A stretch of 41,721 nt of DNA from an uncultured Candidatus Peribacteria bacterium (GCA_964592695.1 CAZQFO010000002.1:1-41721); one strand, 5' to 3'; numbered from the stretch's first letter, positions 9,669-20,115 are shown. The notes: generated from the sequence alone by a model not told the origin. A program made the numbers and translations.

Positions 9669-12600
9669 ATGAATCCCTATGTTGTCCTAGAAAAACTAAT
9701 GATTCCAAGAGTTTCTGGAAAAACAGGAAAGGAAACTATAGGGAGATTTGGTGTTGGTTTTTATACCGTTCTCGCCCATCTAAAAAAAGAAAATGACTTT
9801 GTTCGGATTAAGACAAGTGATGGGACCAGAGGACATGTTATCGAATTTCGAATTCATGAAAGATCCGGGGATATTTTTGTTCACACTGAAAGAGATGATA
9901 GCTTGTCTCAAGGAACGAACGTTCAGGTAGAGGCAGAAGATTTTGATGCTACTGATGCAGAAATATTATGCTTGGACTTACTTGAGTGTAATGACAAAAG
10001 TGAAATCATTTTGAATGAGGAGAGGATAAATACTTTGGAAGGATTTGAAACCATTCGGGGTGAAAACACTTCTGTAAAATTTACTCCTGAAACATCGGGG
10101 AAATCCAAAATATCATTACTCATAAATGGAGTTCGTATTGAGCATTTTGAAATTACAGGAGTAAATGTTTGTAGAGAATTAGTTCTTGATTTTCCTCTTG
10201 ACTGTTCACTACCAGAAAACAGGTCAGAGCTTGAAATTGACGAGGTGGCTGTTTCCAGTTTAAGAGAAATGATAGATATCGTCTTGCATGCTGATATTTC
10301 TGATGACAGTAAGGTATCTCTTTGTAATTCTCTTGATCCGCTTTTGAAAGAATTACAGCAACGCTCTCGAATGAGCAGGCAGAAAGACAATCTAAGCACT
10401 TCTTTCTATAACACCATTTCAGATTATTTTGAGAAACAAGGAAAAATTTTTCTTCCCAATGAAAAAGAATATCAGATGTTAGATGTGCCCAATGCCATTT
10501 ATGTGAATTCAAGTGTCTGTAAAACAAATCTGGAAAAAATTCCTGGAGTTGAGAAATGTCACTCGTTTTATTCAAATAAGGGCTATTCTTTATATACTGC
10601 TGATCTTAGAGAAGGTGTGAATCATTTCGTCGCAGAAATAAATAAAGAACGATTATTAATTATCGACAGGGGCGTATACGAAAGACATAGAGACTGTCCA
10701 GCAGCTCTGAATGCATATTTCTCAAGTCTAGATCCCTTAGGAAAAACTTTAGAAATAAACAAAGGAAAAATTATGGAGGATAAATATATACGTACTAGCG
10801 ACATATCTTGGACGGAAGATGATCTCGATGCATTAGATATCAACGAAGAATCTCGCGGAACGGTTTTTATGCGCGCCTCGGAGGAATCACAAAGAATGAT
10901 GATGAGAGAGGTAGCACTTAAGAGAATCGAAGTTGAGGCTATGGATGGAAACGAAATAACGTCAGCAACAGAGCGTAAAATTATTGATGAGGTAAAAACA
11001 ATAATAACTAAGTATGAAACAGAGGAGTGGAATTCATGTTTAAGTGATATCAAAAAGAAACAAAAAGTGAAGATTTTTTATGGTGATCTTGAACTATATT
11101 ATATGTCGGATTCCCATCTAAAGAGTATTGCTGTGCGGAAAAATCCGGAATTTGCACAATTATTTATAGCCTGGAAGCAGAAGCAAAGGTGGCGTGATCA
11201 GAGCCTTTTTCTTTTTATCGATGCACTGTGCAACTTGCACAGTCTTGTCGATATGAAAGATCAATATTCAGAGCAATTATTATTTAATTTTTTGAATTTA
11301 TTTGCAGATATTACTGAGAAAGCAGCAAATAATCATGGCAGAGTGCGACAGTCTTTTTTTGAAGGAACAACCAAAAGGAGGACATTTTTTGAAAGGGTGC
11401 AAAAATCATATATCGAGAAGCTTTGGAAGCTGCAGGATTATGATCTCGAGGAATTTGTTAAGTACCTGACTCCTGAGATACGGAGGTGGAGGAGATATAA
11501 AGAAGATGTTGATATTAATACTCATGATTACTCACACATTCCGCATGAAATGAGAGGTTACGTGGTATACGCTTTTGAGGGCAGAGACTTATTAAGCAGA
11601 AGAAGTTTTGATGAAGCTAGTATACAACTAGATAATTATGAGGAACGAATCACCCTTAGTACATTAGTGCAAGCTAAAAAAGATGCTGAAGGATTTTTTC
11701 AGGATTTTGAAGGAACTCCTGCTGAAATCGTAGAATTTGCTAAAAATTCACAAAGAGGCATTGACCCAAGTAAAGCGATGCGAGATATAATGCACTCAAC
11801 AAATAACCAAATATCAAATAACAACTATCTTTGGCTTCGTGAGTTATTGCAGAATAGTTTGGATGCCGTTAAAGAGCATGCTTTAGATGGAGCAGATGAA
11901 CCACCAGGTATTTCTGTTAATGCTTTTATTCAAAATAAAGAAGACGAAGAAGAATTAATCATTGAAGCGGCAGACCCAATTGGAATGGATATCCAAACCA
12001 TTATCAATTATCTGCTCATTCCAAATGAAAGTAGTAAAAAGGAGAATGAAGAACTTACTGGAAAATTTGGGCAGGGATTCTTTACTGTTTTTGGAAATGC
12101 TAAAGAAGTGCTTATAAAAACATCAAAAGGAGATGGGAGAGTTCAATATATGAAGATTGCCCCAATAAAGGATGCAGAGGGACAAACGCTTGATTTTGAT
12201 GTTGAAATGTCGGAAAAAGGCGAAATGTTTACTGGAACGGTTATACATAAAATTGTTGACACAGATATGCCAGAGGTAGAAGCCGGTTTTTGTAAAGGAG
12301 CAGTAATGAGCTATGGAGGATTAATTGATAGAAATTCCGTTCGTGTTGATTTTGGAGAAACAGAAATCAACACTCCAAAAACGGTACTTGCACAAGCAGA
12401 AATACCATCATTGGGAGGCATTAGAATATTGGATTCAAAAGAAAATGCTATGACTCAAAGTGGTTTGTTTATCAAAATGCTTGATAACGATCTATTAGCC
12501 CATGTACCACCACATCTGAGAAAGGAATTGGGCGATACAAGAATGGTTGTTGATATTCCAAAAGGAATACATCTTGTTAAATCAAGAGGAGACATTGCGA

Positions 12601-13508
12601 GAAAAAAAGAAGTTCTCCCTTTATTACAAGAGCAAATTCCTTCTTTAGTATTACAGGCTTATTTAGAGCTCGTTAAAGGAGGGAAAATTCCAGATTTTGA
12701 TGGTGTTCCATATCAATATTTTGAATTTGAAGAGTATCGTCAAGTTCCTCCTAGAATTAAACAAGATGCAAACAAGATTATTGCAGGAAAAAAGGTTGAT
12801 AGTTATGAATCATACTTACAGGAAAGACGGGATTTAAAACAACTACTGACGCTTGTACCATGTATTTCCGTGGGAGAAGATTTAATTTCTCTTAATGAGC
12901 TAGCGAAAAGGGTAGCCGAAAGCCCAGATTCAATTGATATTAATAGTCTTCCTGAATCATTGAAATGGAAAGTCATGGATGCTCTTCAAAAGAAAGAAAA
13001 GAAGAAGGATTCATCTTCAGACGAAGAAAATGAAGATGTCGCAAAAAGAGTTTGTAATGATCTGCCTGATGATCCCGAATCTAGAGAAAAATTACGCACA
13101 GTCTATGCATTTGATTATCTCGCTCGATCAATTTTTGAATTAATCGGTGCTCAAGAAATTCACCCTCAGTATTATTCTGAATCTCTTACTTACGAGGTCT
13201 GCACTTCCCCGGGAAACAATAAAATAGGCTTCAATCTTTCAAAAATGAAGTCTGTATTAGAAGGGTTAGAAGAAATAATTGAAGAAATGCCTTCAGTAGA
13301 AAGTCCTGAGGCTCAAAGAATCTTGGAGGAAATAATCAAACTTGCTACACATGCAAGACAGCATCATTTAGAAAATACTGATAAAGCAGTATACAACTAT
13401 GAATTTTTTGAGAGACAACGAGTACTTATACAAAGAATGATAGAAAATAGAGAGGTTAATTTTGAACAAATATTTTCTGAAATGTATGAAAAATTTTCGA
13501 GAGCTTAA
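9669..13508 (+). CDS. Giant protein with two Hsp90/sacsin-like GHKL (Bergerat-fold) ATPase modules
   Basis: Module 2: LRELLQNSLDAV (11835-11870), AADPIGMD, GKFGQGFFTVF (about 12060-12092). Module 1: IGRFGVGFYTV (9741-9770), while its N-box ELICNSIDA (9567-9593) and G1 box QDYGGGM lie in the same frame upstream of the track start. The open frame runs from 9432, and an ATG at 9411 is separated from it by a TAG at 9429. Confidence 0.8.
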   Translation: MNPYVVLEKLMIPRVSGKTGKETIGRFGVGFYTVLAHLKKENDFVRIKTSDGTRGHVIEFRIHERSGDIFVHTERDDSLSQGTNVQVEAEDFDATDAEILCLDLLECNDKSEIILNEERINTLEGFETIRGENTSVKFTPETSGKSKISLLINGVRIEHFEITGVNVCRELVLDFPLDCSLPENRSELEIDEVAVSSLREMIDIVLHADISDDSKVSLCNSLDPLLKELQQRSRMSRQKDNLSTSFYNTISDYFEKQGKIFLPNEKEYQMLDVPNAIYVNSSVCKTNLEKIPGVEKCHSFYSNKGYSLYTADLREGVNHFVAEINKERLLIIDRGVYERHRDCPAALNAYFSSLDPLGKTLEINKGKIMEDKYIRTSDISWTEDDLDALDINEESRGTVFMRASEESQRMMMREVALKRIEVEAMDGNEITSATERKIIDEVKTIITKYETEEWNSCLSDIKKKQKVKIFYGDLELYYMSDSHLKSIAVRKNPEFAQLFIAWKQKQRWRDQSLFLFIDALCNLHSLVDMKDQYSEQLLFNFLNLFADITEKAANNHGRVRQSFFEGTTKRRTFFERVQKSYIEKLWKLQDYDLEEFVKYLTPEIRRWRRYKEDVDINTHDYSHIPHEMRGYVVYAFEGRDLLSRRSFDEASIQLDNYEERITLSTLVQAKKDAEGFFQDFEGTPAEIVEFAKNSQRGIDPSKAMRDIMHSTNNQISNNNYLWLRELLQNSLDAVKEHALDGADEPPGISVNAFIQNKEDEEELIIEAADPIGMDIQTIINYLLIPNESSKKENEELTGKFGQGFFTVFGNAKEVLIKTSKGDGRVQYMKIAPIKDAEGQTLDFDVEMSEKGEMFTGTVIHKIVDTDMPEVEAGFCKGAVMSYGGLIDRNSVRVDFGETEINTPKTVLAQAEIPSLGGIRILDSKENAMTQSGLFIKMLDNDLLAHVPPHLRKELGDTRMVVDIPKGIHLVKSRGDIARKKEVLPLLQEQIPSLVLQAYLELVKGGKIPDFDGVPYQYFEFEEYRQVPPRIKQDANKIIAGKKVDSYESYLQERRDLKQLLTLVPCISVGEDLISLNELAKRVAESPDSIDINSLPESLKWKVMDALQKKEKKKDSSSDEENEDVAKRVCNDLPDDPESREKLRTVYAFDYLARSIFELIGAQEIHPQYYSESLTYEVCTSPGNNKIGFNLSKMKSVLEGLEEIIEEMPSVESPEAQRILEEIIKLATHARQHHLENTDKAVYNYEFFERQRVLIQRMIENREVNFEQIFSEMYEKFSRA

Positions 13509-13509
13509 A

Positions 13510-15084
13510 TCAGTTTCCTCCTTCAGAAAAATGCACCGCCTGATAAGTATACCACAACATGTCATTGTTTTTCCATGCATCGGGTTTAAATCCGGCTTTT
13601 TCGCATAAAGAACTGAGAAAAAGATCTTTATCCGGCAATTGCCCCCAAACTTGTGGCAGATACGTTGACTGTAAGCCATTCAGTTGCAATACGAGGCCGT
13701 CGATTCCAGGACGAAGTTTTTCATATTTTTCTTCCACATTTTTACCGGTTAACAAGGTCGGCACAGAGAGGATGGATATTTCTAAATCAATATCGGATAA
13801 CTCAGATGTGCTTACCGGAGAAAATCTGGAATCGTGCAGAGCTGCACTCCGTGCATTGTCTATCACGGCTTGGTATATCGATTTCTGTGGAGCTATGTAT
13901 CCGATGCATCCTCGCAGTTGATCAGATTCTTCCAGTGTCACAAAAACACCTTGTTTGGACTTCAACCTGTCATCAACTTTTGAAGAATTTATAGGGGTAA
14001 TAGGTTCATTTTTCACAGATTTATGTAGAGATTCTTGTGCCAATTTTGTCAGATATTTTTTTTGAGAATCTGTTAGGTCTAGATCTGTTTTTTCATAAAA
14101 TGCAAATGAAGCGTAGCTGACAGAATTGGTATAATCTGCAGTTAATTCTCCAGAGGTTTGGTAGTCCAGAAGTTTTGATTCGGCATCTGGAAAAAGATGT
14201 AACAAAACCGGAACAACACTTCCTCCATCTATCGTAACTTTGGAATCTCGAACGTAGTTAAAAAAGCCCTCAGCAGCTTTGTTCCGAATTAAATCAAAGG
14301 CTTTTTGGTCGATGGTTTTGATATTTGCTTCGTGGTTATCTGTAAAAGGAACATATCCATAATTTGGTCCGTAGTGTGTAAAGTCGGTACTTACTACGAG
14401 CAATGTTTTATCATCCAAGTAGGGTTTTAATGATTCGGCGATTTGTTGTACTTGCTCAAAACTATTGGCACTGCCGATCAGGACAGGAATTAATTCGAAA
14501 TCCCCCAGCACTTCCTGTAAAAATGGTAGTTCGACTTCCAGTGCATGTTCTTCGTTATGAGCGGTTTCATGAGAAAAAAAGTGATCATTTTTTAGTAGTA
14601 CTTGCGTCACTTCTGATACTTCAATATCTCCAATCGGAGTTTGATAATGTGTCACATCCGGAATAGACGCCCCTGCGAAATATTCTCGATGAGATGGTCC
14701 GATGAGGATTACTCGATCATAGTCCCATCCAGTTAATTGACCAAAACCATGAGCCGCTGTGGCTCCTGAATACGCATATCCGGCATGTGGAGTGAGAATA
14801 GCTTTTGGGGGAGCCAATTTCAAAGGGACCGTATTATCCAAATATTTATGGACTATTTTGGTTAGGTCGTTTGGATCTTTCGGATAAAACTGACCGGCGA
14901 CTGAGGGGGGGCGAATTTTTTTCATGAAGGAGGGATTATCAGGATGTGTAAAAAACCAGGATTTGAGTTGATCGAGTAGTCGTTCGAGGTTTGTGTTTTT
15001 GGTGAGGAGGGTTTGAGCAGGTACGGGTTGAACAGGAAAAAATCCAACACATGCGAATAACAGAAAAATAATGAATTTTTTCAT
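13510..15084 (-). CDS. Memo-like (AmmeMemoRadiSam protein B) fused to AMMECR1 (protein A), with an N-terminal signal peptide
   Basis: Memo motifs: AGQFYP, ILTPHAGYAYSG, ILIGPSH, EHALEVELPFLQ. C-terminal AMMECR1 motifs: GVFVTL, LRGCIGY, DSRF, STYLPQVW. The N-terminus MKKFIIFLLFACVGFFPVQPVPAQ looks like a Sec signal. Confidence 0.85.
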   Translation of the reverse strand: MKKFIIFLLFACVGFFPVQPVPAQTLLTKNTNLERLLDQLKSWFFTHPDNPSFMKKIRPPSVAGQFYPKDPNDLTKIVHKYLDNTVPLKLAPPKAILTPHAGYAYSGATAAHGFGQLTGWDYDRVILIGPSHREYFAGASIPDVTHYQTPIGDIEVSEVTQVLLKNDHFFSHETAHNEEHALEVELPFLQEVLGDFELIPVLIGSANSFEQVQQIAESLKPYLDDKTLLVVSTDFTHYGPNYGYVPFTDNHEANIKTIDQKAFDLIRNKAAEGFFNYVRDSKVTIDGGSVVPVLLHLFPDAESKLLDYQTSGELTADYTNSVSYASFAFYEKTDLDLTDSQKKYLTKLAQESLHKSVKNEPITPINSSKVDDRLKSKQGVFVTLEESDQLRGCIGYIAPQKSIYQAVIDNARSAALHDSRFSPVSTSELSDIDLEISILSVPTLLTGKNVEEKYEKLRPGIDGLVLQLNGLQSTYLPQVWGQLPDKDLFLSSLCEKAGFKPDAWKNNDMLWYTYQAVHFSEGGN

Positions 15085-15137
15085 TGCACGCTAAGGATAA
15101 CATTATGTGTTGAATAAAAGAAGAGCAATGTGTTTTT

Positions 15138-18100
15138 TTATTCTTCCCATTTTTCTCCACCTCTTTTTGCTACATAGGCTCTCAAATTTCGTTCAATTCT
15201 ATCAGTGTTTTGAAAAAGTAATTCATCCTCTGCAAAAAATTTAGAAGCGATTTTTTGATTTGGTTTAGAGTCCTCCTCTATTCTTCCTGCTTTCTTTTTT
15301 AACTTTACAAAATCATCTATCAATTCTGAGTTTTCTTTTCCTGCATCTTTAGTAACCTTTTCCATTAGGTCATCTATCCATTCTTTAGATTCTGATGCTT
15401 TAGGAGAATATGGATTTTCTCTATCCCAAGTATTTCCTTCGAAAACTGTAACATTTTGATTTCCTTCTTTATGGTTTCCTGAGAGCACTTGTGATACTGC
15501 ATAACCTGCCTTGAGACGATTTCCAATGTTTATAAGTGTCTTATCTTTCATTTCTTTCCACCCTTTTTTACATTCTGATGGGGCTTTTTTATATTGGCTA
15601 TCTAGATCGTCTAGATAAATAACCATTTGTCGAAAATATAAATCATATCCCCTAAGCATCCGTCTCCAGAAGTCATCTGGATGTTTGCCTACCATCGTGG
15701 AATCAGTAGCTATTTGTTGCATTACGGTTCTATAGTCCCAAACTGCAGCATGCATAGCTCCATCATCGGCATCAGCTTTTCCTTTTGCGCCAACTTGTGA
15801 ACGCCCCGCACGTCCACTAATATGCTCAGAAGCCAGCATTGTGTGATAAAAAAATTTTATTGTTCCTTGTTTGCTTTTAGCGTCTTTAAATTTAAAATCC
15901 GATTCGGTCCCGATTAGTTTTCCCCATGCCATGATATCCTTGTAATTCCATTGACCTTCATGAGATCCGGGAGTTCCTTTGGGGACAATTTTTCCATTTT
16001 TTTTCCATCCGGTAGTGTCACTAAAAAATTCCATTTGTGGAACTTCTCCCAGTAGATCATTTGCAAATCTCTTTAGTATCGAATGAGAAAGAATAGTCTG
16101 ACCTAAAGTGTTTTTCATAGTTATTCCCATAATTAAATAATACCACCTCTTGTCTGGTTGCCCATTCATGCGTCCCTGTTGAAATGATTTTTTTAAAAAA
16201 CATTCATATTTCGCCGGATCTACATTTTTTGTGTCATTTCTTTTCCATCTCTGGAGCATGTCGGTCATGAGCACTTCTCGTCCTCCTTCCATTTGAAGCT
16301 CTTCGAATTCTTTTTCAAATCCATCAATTGCAGAGTTAAGTCCGCTTTTGAAATCATTATCCCAAATCTTGAATATATCACCACTATATGGCCATATACC
16401 TTTACAGGCTTTCATGAGTTTGGATTTCAGCTCAACATCTGTTAGGTTTACATCTTCTTCTATAGAAAAAATTTTACCCCCTGGATAAAGCCGGTTAAAA
16501 ACTTTCCATAGTTCCGGGTCATCCCACGAAAGAAATCCTCTTTTTATCAGTAGATTTATACAGGCTCGTACTTCATCTGCATCATTTATATTTTTTGCTG
16601 CATATAACTTTTCCCTTATGGTCCAACCTTCTAGGTTCGCGTAAGCCTTTTCAAATTCCCCTATACGTTCTTCTTCCGAGCTCTGAGCCATTCGTAAAAA
16701 TTCATTTCCATAAGTACCTTCTCCAAAAATTTTGGACCCAAGTTCTCCTATATTTTTCTCATTCTTTCTTTTTCTTCGTCGTTCCCATATTTCAAATGAT
16801 TGTTTGAGCATTCCCCATACTGATTGGAGTGTATATATTTTCACGGTCCATTTGTTTTTCTTGATTTTTCCGGTTATGGAAAGATTTTCTTTGTTCCATT
16901 TTTCGTTTCCTTCGTTCCAGTCTTTCCAGTCTTTAGTATTTTTGGCTATGACCTCAATAGCTTCCGTTACATTTTTCCAATCCGAAAACTCGTCAATAAG
17001 ACAGGACACAGTCCTCGGGTCGCCTTCTTTGTATTTTTTAATCCATTCAGGAAAAAAATCCGGTTTGCTGTATTTTTCCCAGATTTCTTCAAACCCACCC
17101 TGATAATTCTTGATATCGGCTAGTAACTTTGTATAATAATCTTTTGGAACCCCATATTTAGTATGGAAGTCATCATCATCAAATCGTTCCAAATCTTTTG
17201 TTATACTGTTTTCCAGTTCTGTAATAGTTTTTTTGTATTGATCAAATTTTTCGGTGTAGTCTTTTCTGAGTTCTTCATATTTTTCTTCCGCTTGATCTGT
17301 GTTGTTTGCGCTATCAAAAACACCTAATTTCCTTAAATATTCTAAGTTTTCTGGTTGTTGACGAAATTCATTATGCCAAGCGGTTTTTTCTTGTTGGATA
17401 AATCCTCCTGCAGAATCAAAATCTAAGTAGTTTTGTAAATTATCTAAGTTCTTTACAATGCTTTTTTGGAATTCTTCTGAATCAGTTTCTTCTGACTGAA
17501 TAGTACTATCAATTTCTTCTAGGGTTTTTTCGATTTTTGTTTCAAAAAGCTCCTCTTTAAGTCTTTCGAAATTAATACCAGAATCATTATTGAGAAATTG
17601 CAGATCATAAATTTCTTTTATCTCTGCGATCTGACTCACCAATTTAGGATATAACGCTGTCCAATTATTTTTGAATGTATCAAAATTTTGATTATCAGAC
17701 TCACTTAAACTTTCTTTTAGTGATGACAAAATATAGCTGATTTTTTTCTGTTGATGTGTGGTCTGATTGTTGAGCCATGCAGTCATTTGGTCTATGTCTC
17801 TTATGTCGTCAGTCCAGATACCTATGGCGTCCATATTTTTGGCATTGGTTCCCTCTAATGGTTCTTTGGACTTAACACGAATGCCTAAAGCTTGTTTGGC
17901 TTTTTTATTAACCGCTTTTGCTGTTCGTGCCGAATCAGATTCCAATTGAGCGTATTTATTGTAACGTTCGGCAATTTCTTCTCGAAAAAAAGGCAGTCCC
18001 GGGGAAAAATGTTTACGCATTTGATTCCAGAATTCTGTCTTTTTAGCGACATCTTCTGTGCTTGTTTTTGCATGCAATTTTCCATCTATGATATCAAAGA

Positions 18101-20027
18101 TTTCTTCTCGGAAATGAATAGTTAATCCATTTACGATTTCTTGCTGGATTTGTGGATTTTTAAGGAGATTGTTTGCGTTGTTTTTTACATAGTCTAGCAG
18201 CGATTTTGCCCCTACTTTTTCTTTTATTTTTTTTACCCATTCTTCTGGATTATCCTCATCAAAACTAACGGTTTCTAGTCCGGTTAGTACATGTTTAAAT
18301 TTATCTCGAAGTTCAAATATAGTTAATGTTTCTTCTGAATGAGGGGTATCCTTCGTAATGAAATCTTCACAACACTGAATGTCCCACAATACTTCTAAAT
18401 CACCAGAATGAAGTTGATGATTTGTAATACGTTTTTGTAGTCCTGCTTGATGTGATTTGAGTAATTTGTCGGATACTTCGGGTTGTTCTTTGAAATATTT
18501 AATATCTTCTTCGGCAATTAGTTGTTCTGTGGCTATGTCATCCCATTTTTTATTCAATTCTTCTACTTCTTTTTCCAGAGCTTTCGCTTTTTTTAATGCT
18601 TGATCTCCTTCCGGAGTTTTTTCTGCAAACTTATTCTCATCAAAATTATATCCTAAGTCTGTTAATTTTTGTCTTATAGCAGGCTTTTCGGTATCTTGGA
18701 TTTCTCGTAATCGTTCTTCTATGGGTTTTCGTTTCCAATTCCATTCGAAAAAATCTATTTTAAATTCAGGATTTGGCCAGGTGGCACTTCGTATCTCCAG
18801 GAGAGCATCATACTCCATCTTGGTAAATACTTTTGTTTTGCGTTTGTCGAAATATGCCAGAGCTCGAACGGCATTAGCATGCTTGATCTTTTCGCCTATT
18901 AGTTTTTTTTCTAATTCTATATCATTATCTTCGATAAATGGTAATATCAAATCCCACGTAAGCAATAAATCTACGTGTTGGTCTTGGTTGGTTAGATTTT
19001 CAGCAATTTTTTTAGCGAGAGCTTTTGTGTGTGTATTAATTTCATTTATAAAATGACTGTTTTGCTGATTTGCATCAGGAGATGATTTAAGAATTTTATT
19101 AATTTCCAAAACCTGAAGCATTTCAGCGGTTTTAAATTTATCAGGATTGGAAATGTCGTCTTTCCGTTTTGAATAAAAATTCCCCTGCCATTTGGCAAGT
19201 ATCTCAATAATTAATTTGCAGGTGTTGGATAATTCTGGTTTTTGTGCGAAGTAGTTGTAGAGAGTGCATATTCTGGATATTCCCGATGCAGATAAGTCCG
19301 CGTTATCATTTTTATTATCTAGTATATTTATTATTTTCTTTGTTTCCAGATCAATAAATTCTTCTAGTTTGATAACCGTTTCAGAGGTCAATAGCCCCAT
19401 CAAATTATTCGAAAATTTGACAGCAAACAGTATTCGAGGAGAAAAAACACCGGAAAGACGGCCACTGTTTTGTTCTATTTCGCAATGGTAATTTATGAGT
19501 TCTCGGAATCTATGAATTCTTCCTTCTTGTTCTTTCCCTTGTTTGCCTTCTTCATTTAGAAGTAGTTGGATATGTTTATCCAAAAATTCTACTCCACTGA
19601 CGGAGAAATGTAGAGGATTCCTGAGTATGTGATCAATTTTTGCTCTGTCTTTCTCTTTATTAATAGCTTCATTTACCTTTTCCCATGTATTGTTTTCTTC
19701 TAAGATTTTTTTGAGATTTTCATCGTCATTAGATATCGTGTTTATTAGCTTCTGAGCCCAGACTTTTTCTTCTCGTTTTAGTATGCATTGTACGAGTTTT
19801 CGATAATCATCATTTATACCTAATTTTTCAAAAGAAGATACATGTGCATGCAGCGTGTGCATATCTTCTACGCTAACATCAAGGATTGATTTATTTAGAA
19901 TTTCTTCCAGCTTCTTTTTAATGGATGTTTCTTCTTCAGTAAGCGTAAGCGGTGTGGTAGATTCCACAAAAACCCACCTCCCCTCCCGGGATTCAAAATC
20001 TCGATAGACGTGTGTCAAAAACTTCAT
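15138..20027 (-). CDS. Giant hypothetical protein (1629 aa), K/E/N-rich, no recognisable domain
   Basis: 4.9-kb uninterrupted ORF in stop-rich AT-rich DNA, with its own promoter-like site upstream. No signal peptide or TM segment visible at the N-terminus. Confidence 0.85.
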   Translation of the reverse strand: MKFLTHVYRDFESREGRWVFVESTTPLTLTEEETSIKKKLEEILNKSILDVSVEDMHTLHAHVSSFEKLGINDDYRKLVQCILKREEKVWAQKLINTISNDDENLKKILEENNTWEKVNEAINKEKDRAKIDHILRNPLHFSVSGVEFLDKHIQLLLNEEGKQGKEQEGRIHRFRELINYHCEIEQNSGRLSGVFSPRILFAVKFSNNLMGLLTSETVIKLEEFIDLETKKIINILDNKNDNADLSASGISRICTLYNYFAQKPELSNTCKLIIEILAKWQGNFYSKRKDDISNPDKFKTAEMLQVLEINKILKSSPDANQQNSHFINEINTHTKALAKKIAENLTNQDQHVDLLLTWDLILPFIEDNDIELEKKLIGEKIKHANAVRALAYFDKRKTKVFTKMEYDALLEIRSATWPNPEFKIDFFEWNWKRKPIEERLREIQDTEKPAIRQKLTDLGYNFDENKFAEKTPEGDQALKKAKALEKEVEELNKKWDDIATEQLIAEEDIKYFKEQPEVSDKLLKSHQAGLQKRITNHQLHSGDLEVLWDIQCCEDFITKDTPHSEETLTIFELRDKFKHVLTGLETVSFDEDNPEEWVKKIKEKVGAKSLLDYVKNNANNLLKNPQIQQEIVNGLTIHFREEIFDIIDGKLHAKTSTEDVAKKTEFWNQMRKHFSPGLPFFREEIAERYNKYAQLESDSARTAKAVNKKAKQALGIRVKSKEPLEGTNAKNMDAIGIWTDDIRDIDQMTAWLNNQTTHQQKKISYILSSLKESLSESDNQNFDTFKNNWTALYPKLVSQIAEIKEIYDLQFLNNDSGINFERLKEELFETKIEKTLEEIDSTIQSEETDSEEFQKSIVKNLDNLQNYLDFDSAGGFIQQEKTAWHNEFRQQPENLEYLRKLGVFDSANNTDQAEEKYEELRKDYTEKFDQYKKTITELENSITKDLERFDDDDFHTKYGVPKDYYTKLLADIKNYQGGFEEIWEKYSKPDFFPEWIKKYKEGDPRTVSCLIDEFSDWKNVTEAIEVIAKNTKDWKDWNEGNEKWNKENLSITGKIKKNKWTVKIYTLQSVWGMLKQSFEIWERRRKRKNEKNIGELGSKIFGEGTYGNEFLRMAQSSEEERIGEFEKAYANLEGWTIREKLYAAKNINDADEVRACINLLIKRGFLSWDDPELWKVFNRLYPGGKIFSIEEDVNLTDVELKSKLMKACKGIWPYSGDIFKIWDNDFKSGLNSAIDGFEKEFEELQMEGGREVLMTDMLQRWKRNDTKNVDPAKYECFLKKSFQQGRMNGQPDKRWYYLIMGITMKNTLGQTILSHSILKRFANDLLGEVPQMEFFSDTTGWKKNGKIVPKGTPGSHEGQWNYKDIMAWGKLIGTESDFKFKDAKSKQGTIKFFYHTMLASEHISGRAGRSQVGAKGKADADDGAMHAAVWDYRTVMQQIATDSTMVGKHPDDFWRRMLRGYDLYFRQMVIYLDDLDSQYKKAPSECKKGWKEMKDKTLINIGNRLKAGYAVSQVLSGNHKEGNQNVTVFEGNTWDRENPYSPKASESKEWIDDLMEKVTKDAGKENSELIDDFVKLKKKAGRIEEDSKPNQKIASKFFAEDELLFQNTDRIERNLRAYVAKRGGEKWEE

Positions 20028-20115
20028 GATAATTGGATTTAAAAATTGTGATTACCGATGCTGCTTCGGAAAAAACTTGTTTTTTTTTCCGTTAATCGCA
20101 ATTTTTTATCCAAGT

